This document shows, piece by piece, positions 25,101 to 37,100 of a stretch of 64,000 nt of DNA. Within the stretch, counting starts at the first letter, position 1. Every line of letters begins with the position of its first letter. A program made the translations under genes and the position numbers. This stretch comes from Podarcis liolepis (lineage: Eukaryota), in assembly GCA_965112155.1 (NCBI GenBank), contig OZ218114.1; one strand, given 5' to 3'. The notes under the pieces were generated by a model, which did no database searches, was not told the DNA's origin, and was given only the letters and a program-made list of their open reading frames with translations.

Positions 25101-28100
25101 GTTCCTTGCATGTAGCTCTCCTGGCTTTTAGAGAGCCCATGAAGACAGCACAAGTTGAGGATGCCCTTTGGTACAAGTTCTGACCCTGTGATGGCATCAC
25201 CTACAGATGGGCTGCTTTTACAGTAGCTCTAGGCTCTTAGGGGTCCTTTTGCTTGACTCTCCAAAGTTCAGGTTGGTGTGCAGATGATGATGTTTCTCAC
25301 TATGGTTTTTTTCCCTCTCCGCCCCCCCCCCCGCCACCGCCAATACAGTGGTGCCCCGCAAGACGAATGCCTCGCAAGACGGAAAACATGCTAGACGAAA
25401 GAGTTTTCCGTTTTGGAGGTGCTTCGCAAAACGGATTTCCTATGGGCTTGCTTCGCAAGACGACAATGTCTTGCGAGTTCCTGCTGGTTTTTTTTCCTCT
25501 CCCCCCCCCCCCCGCTTTTTCTAAGCCGCTTATCAGCTGATCCGATCAGCAGATAAGCCTCTAATAGCGCTAATCCGCTAATCCTTCGATGGGCTTGCTT
25601 CGCAAGACGAAAAAACCGCTAGACGAAGAGAATCACAGAATGGATTCTTTTCGTCTTGCGAGGCACCACTGTAGTTTGTGCATGGAATGGCCTTTCCCCC
25701 CAGAAAAGACAAGGCCGTGCACCTTTTAACACTAATAGGTTCCAGTTCATGTTTGGGGATGGATACCTACTGGATTGAGTTTGCTTTCAAAACAAGACAG
25801 ACCAATTCAAAATTTCAGATTTTGGTTTCCAGTTTCTGAAACCCCTGTTGCTCTTTGCTTTTCAAAATGTGAAAGAAGAGAGTCCTCCTTAGATTCCAGC
25901 CCATAACTAACTGCATATATATTGAATGCTGGTTTTCCTTCTGCTGCTTGAGCAAAGAAAATGCCATTTTTTTGCCCTCTTTCACCAGGAGAGACCACCC
26001 CCAGTCAGCAAGCCAGATAATGGTACCCTCAACCTGTTGAGCACTTTATCAAATGGGAACAGCTCCAAACAGAAACCCCTCATAGATGGAGTCCACAGGA
26101 TCCGAGTAGACTTCAAGGTAACAGGGTGGTTTGGGGAGGTGCCCTTGCCTTTCTCCACCAGAAACCTGGCCTTGGGGGTTTGTAGGATGTGGCAACATCT
26201 CTTCCTTGAAACTCTCATCTTTCTACAAAGAGCTGTTCTGGCGAAAGTTGTTTAGTTTTCTGTAGAGCCTGTTGCTTCTTAAGATAGCACACAGGAGGAT
26301 GAGAAAGAGTGATGAATACAAAAGGGAATACCAGCAGTTTCCGTAAACCGAGGCAGCCTCCTGAGGCTCTTAATGCCCAAGGAGAGTCTTTATTGTTAGC
26401 AACAGCATTAGTTAGGCAGTACATTGGCATGCATATACTGCTGGCACGTGCCTTTTAGAAGATGTCTAGGTATGTATCACTGGTGTGGAGAGAACCGAGG
26501 TTAAGTAACTCCATCCAGCACATTCCTTTGTATATAACAAAAGCTTTGACAAACAAAACATTTTCATAGTGATGTGTACAGGATCTTCCTGCTTTGCTCC
26601 AGTTCTTGTCATTTCCACCACCCCTGGGCCTGGTGTAAGGATAATTCCCTTTCCATGTTCTTCCTTTTGTGTTTTTTAGGAGGACTGTGAGGCTGAGAAC
26701 GTTTGGGAAATGGGCGGTTTGGGTATCCTGACCTCTGTCCCGATAACTCCCAGGGTGGTCTGCTTCCTCTGTGCCAGCAGTGGGCATGTGGAGGTAAGGG
26801 TGAGGTCCCACAGGGACAGTCCCCACCAAGTTGTTTGGTGTATGTGTTTGTGAGATATTATTTCAGCTACCTAAAACTAAAGGAAATCTGAAGCTGGAAT
26901 TGAATCCTGAATAAAGGCCATCAGTTAGAGCTGCAGCTTCAACTACCATTTGAAATGCTTCTTTACCTACCTCTCAAAGCAGGAGGTGTGGTGTCAGATA
27001 AGCACTTATGTCTCTAGGCACCAGTTGACCCTTTGTAGCTTCACTAATACATGCTGCTCTTGCAGAGGGGCTCTGGAGATAAAACAGCCCACAGACAAAT
27101 GGTGCGGAACTTGGTGGTGGAAGAGGGCTCTCTAAGCCTCTTTGAAGCAACTGTTATGTGAAACTGGGGACCAAACCATGAGGGTGGGGTGACCAAAGAC
27201 TTTCTCCTCCTCCTCCTCCCTCTCCCTCTGGAGCCAGCCATCCAGGGCAAGCTGATGGGCAAATAGTTGAAGTGCACAACTGCTGCAGGATGAGGCTGAC
27301 CTACTGACTTGCTCCTTCCCTTGTAGTTTGTGTATTGCCAGGTGTGCTGTGAGCCTTTCCACAAGTTCTGTTTGGAGGACAGTGAGCGCCCCCTGGAGGA
27401 CCAGTTGGAAAACTGGTGCTGTCGTCGCTGCAAGTTCTGCCATGTGTGTGGGAGGCAGCATCAGGCCACCAAGGTAGTCAGAGTCCCTTGATGAGCTTGC
27501 CTGTCTCCTTTTGTTCCTCTGGAATGTGGGGTTTGTGGCATTGTAAGGGATGGCCGCCAGGGATGCTAAGTTTCCCCAACACAGCTCCCTCATGTTGAAC
27601 TAGGAGTCATCAAATGTCTAAAGCAGAGCTTTCCAAACTTTTCATGTTGGTGACACACTTTTTAGACATACATCATTTTGCAACATAGTAATTCAGTTTT
27701 ACTAGCAAACTGGAGGTTAAACTATCCCCTTTCCAGCCCCGGGAAAAGCATGGGGAGTGTTCGTACAACACACCTACACACAGCAGCTGACACACTAATG
27801 CGTCGTGAGACACAGTTTGGAAAGCTCTGGTCTAAAGCAACTACTGGAGCATCTAGGCTTGACTTGCTGCTGTTTTCCATGTTTCCATAGCAGTTGCTGG
27901 AGTGTAACAAGTGCCGAAACAGCTATCACCCAGAGTGCCTGGGACCAAATTACCCAACAAAACCTACGAAGAAAAAGAAGGTTTGGGTGAGTTCTGTTGC
28001 ATCGTGGGGACACTTGTAAGGCAGGGATACCTTCCCCTCTTATTATAATCAGACTGCCAGATGTCTTAGCCTGATGTTGAAAGTGGGCCATTGTTTACAA

Positions 28101-31100
28101 GGATATGCAATAAAATCGGTCTGAATCATAAACTCCTGGATATGGCAACCCCATCAACTGGCCATTGCGAAAGAGGCAGGCTGAGGCATGGTTTTCTGTT
28201 CCATGGCTCACCCGTAGAGGGAAGCATCTTTGGTGCCTGCTATGACTGAATCCTATGATCCCAGAGAGAGGCTGTGCAGCCCTTTATTCCTTGTCTGTCT
28301 TTCCAGATCTGCACGAAATGTGTCCGCTGCAAGAGCTGTGGAGCGACAACGCCAGGCAAAGGGTGGGATGCCCAATGGTCTCACGACTTCTCTCTGTGTC
28401 ACGATTGTGCCAAACTCTTCGCTAAAGGTGTGGAGAGACTGGGTGCATGATAGGTCTGGTCTGCTGCGGAAGTATGCTGTATCATGCTGAATGGCCTGGG
28501 AAATGCTGGCAGCTGCAGTTCCATGTGCAGATGCAGCCCTTGCTTTGCTAAATTCCAGTACTTCCTCTAGGGAAGCGGGGGACAGCAGCAGGGAGCACCT
28601 TCACACTCAAAGGGGGCAAGTATAGTACTTGCTGCTGGCTGTTAACAGTGGCAGTGACTGATAGCAGTCTTGCCCTTTGCGTGGAGTCCCCTGACCGCTA
28701 GCCAGCCCTGAGTGTTTGGCTTTGTATACTGATGGTGGGAGATCTGGACCGCCTCTCTGTTTTGCTTGTAGGGAACTTCTGCCCTGTCTGTGACAAATGC
28801 TACGATGACGATGACTATGAAAGCAAAATGATGCAGTGTGGGAAATGTGACCGCTGGGTCCATTCCAAGTGTGAAAACCTCTCAGGTGAGGACTGCTTCC
28901 AACCCTGCATATATGGAGGAGTAGGATGAACATTTACAACCAGGAACCTTGTGCTTGAGATCCTTTTTGCAATTTCATTTTGGTCTAAGGGGTGGGTTGT
29001 TTCTTCTTGGACTAGGGTACAGAAGCCAAGGAGCTGAATATCCTGAGCTAATCGTGCTTAGCTGTGGACTTTGGAGTTCAGCTTTGCAGGCAGCAGTTGT
29101 GCTGTGGGTTCCTGAGAGTGTGCAGAGAGACACACTTCCCAAGACAGGCATTGGAATCCCTACAGCTGAGCCCCTTTGCACGATGTAACCTCCTACCATG
29201 CTGCCAGATCCCCCACAGATCTGACACTTTTAGCCTCCTGAGGCTTGCCCTCTGCCCCTAATGCTTGCCCTGTCTACCTTCAGATGAGATGTACGAGATC
29301 CTCTCCAACCTGCCAGAGAGTGTGGCTTACACCTGCATTAACTGCACAGAACAACCTCCTGCTGAATGGCGGCTAGCACTGGAGAAAGAGCTGCAGCTTT
29401 CTTTGAAGCAGGTTCTAACAGCCCTACTAAATTCCAGGACATCCAGCCATTTGCTGCGTTATAGACAGGTGGGCCTCCCTCTCCTTCTAAAAACCATACA
29501 AATGTACCTGAATTCTGGCTGCTCAGAGTGGTGCTGTTGGACTTTAAAGCACAATATTCTTCCTAGTGTTTCTAGAAGAAAAGGGGCATTAGAAATACAC
29601 TTCCAGGTGTGTGTGGGAGGGGGTGGGGAGAGGGAGAGAGGGTGACAAGCCAAAGGTTCCAACCAAATGTTTGATATTCTGTCTTGCAATGGATATCACA
29701 GAGGAACCCATAACATGAGCAGAACCCATATGGCAATGGCTACCACTCTGCCTAGCTAATTGACAGCATGTGAGAGGGAGTATGTTCCGGGCAGGAGGGA
29801 GTCTGTAGGAACATCTGTATCTGCCTGACCTGGGTCAGGCCATTGGTCAAGCTTGCACAGCACTGGCTGCCCTTCTCTGTGGCCTCACTTGTGGCCCTTG
29901 CTCCATATCCAAGAAGGACCCCTCCGTAAGAGCCATTCACCGTGGACCTCTCCTTGTGTTTATTATTACTACCTTGACTGTGTCTTGACTGCTAACTGTT
30001 ATTTTGGGCCTTGAAAAGAAATACTTCCCCCTTTCATGCTTTCTGCACCACTCAAGGTTGTATAAACTCCCATCACTCCCTTTCTGCTGCTTTTGTTTCC
30101 CCTAAGCCTTTTTTCCAACCAAGGAGACTATAGCCAGAAAAGGCCTGCAGGGCTCTGCCTCCAAGGGCTTCAGGATTCATGCATTAGATGTGGATGTCTG
30201 TGTCTAGAGCTCTGCTGGGTATTACCAAGGTTCCAGCTCACGCAGAGGCATTTCCCCTGCAGATGCTCCCACCTATAGTGTGAATGTGAGGGCCAAACTT
30301 GGTGACCTGGGGTGCAGTGCAGCCCCTTCCAAGACATGTTGCCCCCTCACACAATTCAGACATGAAGGGGGCTTGTCTCCTCCAGTCCTCTGTTATGCTG
30401 TACTTTTCTGCACCTCCTTTCAGTCAACTAGATCCTTGTGCTCAGGTAGTGCTTGCAGGCTTCCCAAAGGCATCTGGTTGGCCACCATCAGAACAGAATG
30501 TTGGACTAGATGGGACTATTGGCCTGATTCTGCAGGCTCTTTGGCTCTTAACCTCTATCCACAGACCTACTAAAGAAATGCTTTGTGCTGGGCTCAGAAA
30601 CTGTTGTACTCTCTTACCGTTGTGTCTCCAGGCGGCCAAACCCCCTGACTTAAATCCTGAGACGGAAGAGAGTGTCCCATCCCGAAGTTCCCCAGAAGGC
30701 CCAGACCCTCCTGTGCTCACTGAAGTCAGCAAGCAAGAAGAACAGCAGCTGCTGGACCTGGAAGGAGTGAAAAGAAAAATGGAGCAAGGAGGCTACATTT
30801 CTGTGGTGCGTTAACAATTCAGTCAGCATCCCCTTCTTGCTTTCATCATAGCTTCCATAAGGAGAAGGAAATGATGGGATATACAAATCAATTTGCTGTT
30901 GTGAACTGCATTGAGGTGGTCCTAAAATGCTACATTTTTGCTATAAATTCCCCCCTTGTGCCTTGAAGGTACATGGATGTTTTGGCCACGCTACAGTGTT
31001 TTACGTTGACCATGCTGCTCTTCTGAAACATAGGCAGGGAATAAAAAGGAGTTCAAAAATTGAATAGGAAAAGGTGAACTTCTGCCACTTGATGTTCAGC

Positions 31101-34100
31101 ACCCATGGATGGGGAAGAGGGCTGGATAAAGTATATCAGAAAAGAGGATAGGAAGCTGATTTCTGTGTGTGTCTATCTTGCAGCTGGAGTTTAGTGATGA
31201 TATTGTAAAGATAATCCAAGCAGCCATTAATGCTGATGGAGGGCAGCCAGAACTTAAGAAGGCCAACAGCATGGTGAAGTCCTTCTTCATTCGGGTAAGC
31301 CAAGCTGCATCTTATTTTCAATAAATTGGCAACTGGTGCACTGAAGTTGCATCTTTAATATTCCCCAAGGAGCCCATATTTCTGTTCAAGCTACTGTGTG
31401 GCTGTCTGTGAAACAAATTAGGATCTTGTCTGGGCAGACCTTTAAGTCCATAATAAATCATTCCTGACTGTAAATTTGCAGAGATCTTGGACAGTAGACT
31501 TCTTCAAGTGTTTAGTGTTGAGTCCTGTAAAGCATTTCTAATACATTTGTGGGTGTTTTGTTTGTTTTTAAGCAAATGGAACGCGTTTTTCCATGGTTCA
31601 GTGTAAAGAAATCAAGATTTTGGGAACCTAATAAAGTTACAACCAAGTAAGTAACTTGTTCCACTTCCAGCACTCACTTGCTGCAATTGACCTGCCTGTT
31701 TCAGCCAAAGGTGGTGCCAGCGCTCTTGCCCCTTGGAAACAAGATCAGAACTGAATTTCCAGATGGGCCTCTCCTGCTTCTCAAAGCAACTGGCTGCAAT
31801 TAGTTCCTGATCTAGAAAGTAGAAGTGGGTTGTGGTCCTTCTTGTACCAATCTGTGTCTTAGTCCTGCCCCTTACCCTGCAGAGACAACTTTGCAGTGAA
31901 TGAGGGAGCTTTACCTGGCTAAGGGCTATAGTTGGGGCCTCCTAGGTGCAACCAAGTCTGATGCTACCTTTTGTTCATTTCTAGCAGTGGGATGCTGCCT
32001 AATGCTGTCTTGCCGCCATCACTCGACCATAACTACGCACAGTGGCAGGAGCGTGAAGAAAACAGTTGTGCTCAACAACCTCCTCTTATGAAGAAAATCA
32101 TTCCAGCACCAAAACCCAAAGGTCCTGGAGAGCCAGACTCCCCAACTCCACTGCATCCTTCTACACCACCTATATCCAGTGAGAAACTGAGCCTTTTTGT
32201 CTGGGGGAAGTGCTAGGGAATGAGGCTGACACTGGGGGAGGCAGGCTTTAGACCCTGGGGAAAGTCTGGGCCAGCCAGAGTCGGGTACAGAGAGGCTCTT
32301 TGCCTTACCCACCATCTGCCAGGACTTCAAAGTCTGAACCAAGCCTCTTTCTCTGCCTCCCCCTTACATCTGCATGGTTGGTTAAATTGTGTTTTATTTT
32401 AAAGTGAAGTAAAGTGAAAGTGAAATTTAAAGTGAAATTGTTTGCTGCTCTGGGCATTTGCAAGCTACTTTATTCTCCAGTAAACAGTTCCCAGCCCACA
32501 TTTTCTTCCAAGCAGTGTTTCTCAGGAGTGATCAGTCCTTTCTTTCTCTCTCTCTCTCTTTCTCTCTCTCTTCTGAGGTTCTGACAGAAGCTTGGAGGAC
32601 AGCCCAGAACTTACCCCTCCTCCAGATGTGGAGGATAACCGGCAGTGTGCACTTTGCTTGAAGTATGGCGATGATGGTGGGAATGTAAGTGGCTCTGTCA
32701 AGAATGTGTGTTGTGAGCTGTAGAGGCTTTGCCTTCTGGTTCTAGTTAAGGTTGAAAGGCAGGCTTGATCTTTGTTGTACACTCAGTCCAGCTGAGCCAG
32801 ACTAATATTACCTTTCTTAAAAAAACAAAAGCAGGTTACTATCTTAGTGAATTGTGGAAATGCTGTGGGCATAATTTAGCTGATAACAGCAAAGCATTTT
32901 ACAAAGCTCCTTGTGATATTTTGATTAGCAAACTCTGTAAATGGGGACAGGCGATAACATCAGGTGGTTTCACAGCTGGTTAGAAAAGTGTCCTGTTAAG
33001 AGACACTTTTCAGTGGTTCCTCATGAAACTGGAGGGATATTTTGAGTGGAGTGCTGCAGGCTTCTGTTCTGGGCCTGGCATTCTTCCAACAATCAATGAC
33101 TTTTGGTAGCAACTGGAAATCTGATAAGGATTTAAATATTGGATGAGGGCATAGAGGGAATCGTTACCAGAGTTCCAAATGGCACTGAACTTTGAGGGAC
33201 AGCTAGGACCCCAGAAGACAGAAGGGAAAATAGGCAGAACCCAACAAAAAGAAATTCAGTAGAGACAAATGCAAAGTTCTGAACAAGTGTGGGAGGAATC
33301 AGATGCACAAGGATAGAATGGGCAATACATGGCCCGGCAGAAGTGTATGTGAAAAGTATCTCAGGACTGTAGCTTATCACAAGCAGAACACAAGTCAGGG
33401 GTGTGATGTGGCTGCAGTGAGATCTTAGTCCGCATTAACAGAGCCATCATCATGTCACAAGAAGGAATAACTGACTTTATTCTGCACTAGTCAGACCTCA
33501 TCTGGAGTACTATGTTCGTTTCTAGCACCACATATCAAGGAGGATGTAGACAAATTGGGATGGGATCAGAGGAAGATAGCAAAGATGGTCAGAAGTATGG
33601 AAGACAAGTCCTATATAAGGAACCAGTTATGCTTAGCTGAGCAAAGAAAAGACTGAGGTGGAACCTAATAGCACTCTACAAATCCTTGAATGGGCTGTGT
33701 CACATGCAAGAGTTTGCAAAGGCTTGTTCTCCATGACTCCAGGGGTCAAAGGGTTATATCTCATAGACTTAAGTTACAGGAGGGTAGATTTGGATTGAAC
33801 AATAGAGGAAATTTCTTGACAGTAAGAGCAGCTGGGCAATGGAGGGGTGGTGAAATGCTCCCCCTCTAGAGGTCTTTGAGCAGAGGCTGGAGAGCCCTCT
33901 GTCTGCTGGGGATGCAAAGGGTGGTATAAAAATTAGTAAATCATAATAATAACCTAGCACTGGGTGTTCTGTTCTGAGCAGAGGGTTGGACTAGACAGCT
34001 GCAAAGACCCCTTAAACGGTCTGATTCCATGAGCCACCTTTATGTTTGCCAGCTTTTATTTCACTGTGGCTGCTGCAAGATGTGCCCAGCAGTTGTGGGG

Positions 34101-37100
34101 TGGGGAGTGCACTTGACTGATTTCTGAGTGTTTCTGGTGGCCTTCTGCTTTCTTGCAGGATGCTGGCCGTCTCCTCTACATCGGCCAGAATGAGTGGACC
34201 CATGTGAACTGTGCCCTGTGGTCAGCTGAAGTTTTTGAAGATGACGATGGCTCCCTGAAGAATGTGCACGTGGCAGTGATCAGAGGGAAACAGCTGGTGA
34301 GTAGGAACAGGTTGGGCTCAGGAGTCTGTCCAGGAATGAGGATTTACATTTCAAAAGCAGCTAAAATGTTTCTCTTCTGCTGTTACAACAGCAAAGAAGA
34401 ATGTTGGAAAGTCCACAGCATGTCTCCATGGAGAGACAGCTCATATTTGATGTTAATGGCCCAACTTTAAAAAGAGCAAAAGCCTCACATGATTCTCCAC
34501 AGTTGAAGTAATGGGCTTCACAGGATGTTATATCTGAAAAAGACAGAGATCCTTGAATTCAGCTTCCAGCAGTTCCAGACTGCAAAGAATCAAAAGCACT
34601 GGTTACTTGGACATTCACAAGCAGCTCTATTATACTAGCATGTGAACCAGATCATCACCTGGCTTCTGCAGCAGACAGATGTGAGCAAGTGCCCGCATCT
34701 CCTTGTAATGATTAGGAAGGGGTGTCTTCTGTGGCCTGAAGTGTAGGAAGTCACAATCACAGGTGGCCAGCTTGGGCTGCTGTCCTGCAACTGCAAGCAG
34801 TTGCGGCTAGTGGCTGTGGCAGCTTTTTCGTGTTCTTAATCAATCACTGATCCCTTTTGCATGCTCAGAAATTGCTCTAAACTGTTAAAAAAACACACCT
34901 TTCTTCTGAATTGGAATTAAATTGGGAAGGCCAGGCAATATGTGAGTTTGTAAATGAACAACAATGAAAAAAGGCTGCACTCAGATTACTAACAGGTTGT
35001 TTTGGACAAGATGAATTGTGTTTGCTAAATGAGTGGTGGAACAGCAGCAGTTCTATTGCTTTCTCTTTGTTTGTTGGCAACCTGATATGCATGTCATAGA
35101 TAATCATATTAGGGGTGTTGCTGCTTTTGACAGTGCTGCACTAGTCCAGTTTATTTGTTTAGGCCATTGGCCATAACAACAAGATGCTTTCCCTAAAAAC
35201 CCAACCCTCAAACCTTGCAGAGATGTGAATTTTGCCTGAAGTCGGGTGCCACAGTGGGCTGCTGCCTGACCTCCTGCACAAGCAACTATCACTTCATGTG
35301 CTCCCGGGCCAAGAACTGTGTCTTTCTGGAGGATAAGAAAGTGTACTGCCAGCGCCACCGGGACATGATCAAAGGAGAGGTGAGCCCAGCCACCACCCCC
35401 AGGCCTTTGCCCAGCTGTACTCCCCCCCCCTCCCCATTTCCCTGCTCCTCTCAGCTCAGGCTGTGTGTTTTCACCTTAATACTGTATAGGCCTCTTTTTG
35501 TGTGTGCTTGCTGTAGGTGGTACCCGAGAATGGCTTTGAAGTCCTAAGAAGAGTCTTTGTGGATTTTGAAGGGATTAGCTTGAGACGAAGGTTTCTTCAT
35601 GGTCTGGAGCCAGAGAACATCCACATGATGATTGGTGAGGGCCCTCTGCCTCTGGCCTTGGCAATGTGCTTAGTGGAATTTAGTTGCTGCCTTCCTCACA
35701 CAGAACTTTGCCTCTTTGGTTTTCTTGTAGGGTCCATGACGATTGACTGCCTCGGGATTCTGAGCGATCTGTCTGACTGTGAAGACAAGCTGTTCCCCAT
35801 TGGCTATCAGTAAGTAGGAGCTGTCTCCTGAATAGGCAGCAGCAGCAGAATCCATGTTATTTTCCCTGAAAGATGCCGTGAGGACCACCCAGGAAGTCTT
35901 TGGCCTTCCTTCTCCTCTTGCCCCAGAGAAGGGCTTTTGCAGGCATGCACAGCTCTGTGTAGATGTTGTAACTCTTAAATGTTTTCCCAGGTGCTCTCGA
36001 GTATACTGGAGCACAACGGATGCTCGGAAGCGCTGTGTGTACACTTGCAAGATCATGGAATGCCGCCCTCCTATTCTTGAGCCAGACATCAACAGCACAG
36101 TAGAGCACGATGACAATAGGACCATCACGCACAGCCCCAGGCCACTTTCAGGCAAGTTTCTGCAGGCATGGCTTGGCTTGAGATTGTGGCCTTTGTGCCA
36201 GACCTGTGGGTGCCTGTCTTTTGTACTGCTCGGCTCTTCCAAAGACAAAAGCTTCCTTCTTCTAGTCAGTCTTTGCTATGAGACAGGGCTTGTAATACCT
36301 TTTGGTGACAGCAGTAGCAGCACACACTTGGATTAGGGCAAAAAAGGGGGGTTCCCTGGTAAAGATCACATCTTCTACTTTGGCTATAGGTTTTGGAGTG
36401 GATCCTGGCCCTTGTTCCATAACTGAGTCATAGAATCATAAGTGTTGGGAGGAACATCAAGGGTCTTCAACTCCCAACTCTGCTCTGTGCAGAAAGACAC
36501 TCCAGCATTTGCCCAGGTGTCATGCGTTTCTGGAGACTAGATTATGATATGCTTGATCTGAAACAACAAGGGACTTTGTCCTTCTGAGATGCTTGGGGCA
36601 TGGTGGGGGTGTGCTTCTACCTAGTACTCTTAATGTTTGGCCCTCACCTGCTCCCAATGACACATAATGTCCAGCTTTGCATTCTGGTTTTGGCCTAGAT
36701 GCCAAAAGACTGCAGCCTTTTTTCTTTCCCCCCCCTCTTTTACTTTCTGCCTCCCTCCATGTATAAAGATTTTTCTGTTAACATTCCCTGAGGGAGGAAG
36801 AAAGGATGTTATTGAGGGGGAAAGCCTCTAGTACTCCCCTACTTCCCTGAAGCTGTTTTGTTCAAATGCACCCTGGGTTTTGCCTGAATCCATAAGTTCA
36901 TTATTTCTTTTTCTTCTTCATCAGAAATTCCAGCCAGAGAAGGCCATGCAGTGTCAGCGGTTGTGAGCACTCCCTCTTCAGACTTCCTGCCACATTCTCA
37001 GAACTGCAGGGCTCTGCGGATCAGAGCGCCAAGTTTTCCTCCCGCCCTGCGATCTCCTGGTTCAAGGCCATTGCCCTCTGCAGGTCTGGCCCTCCACCTC

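Noticed and set aside
31630-31635. AATAAA inside exon 18
   Set aside because: Encodes Asn-Lys within conserved coding sequence; no other support for premature polyadenylation.
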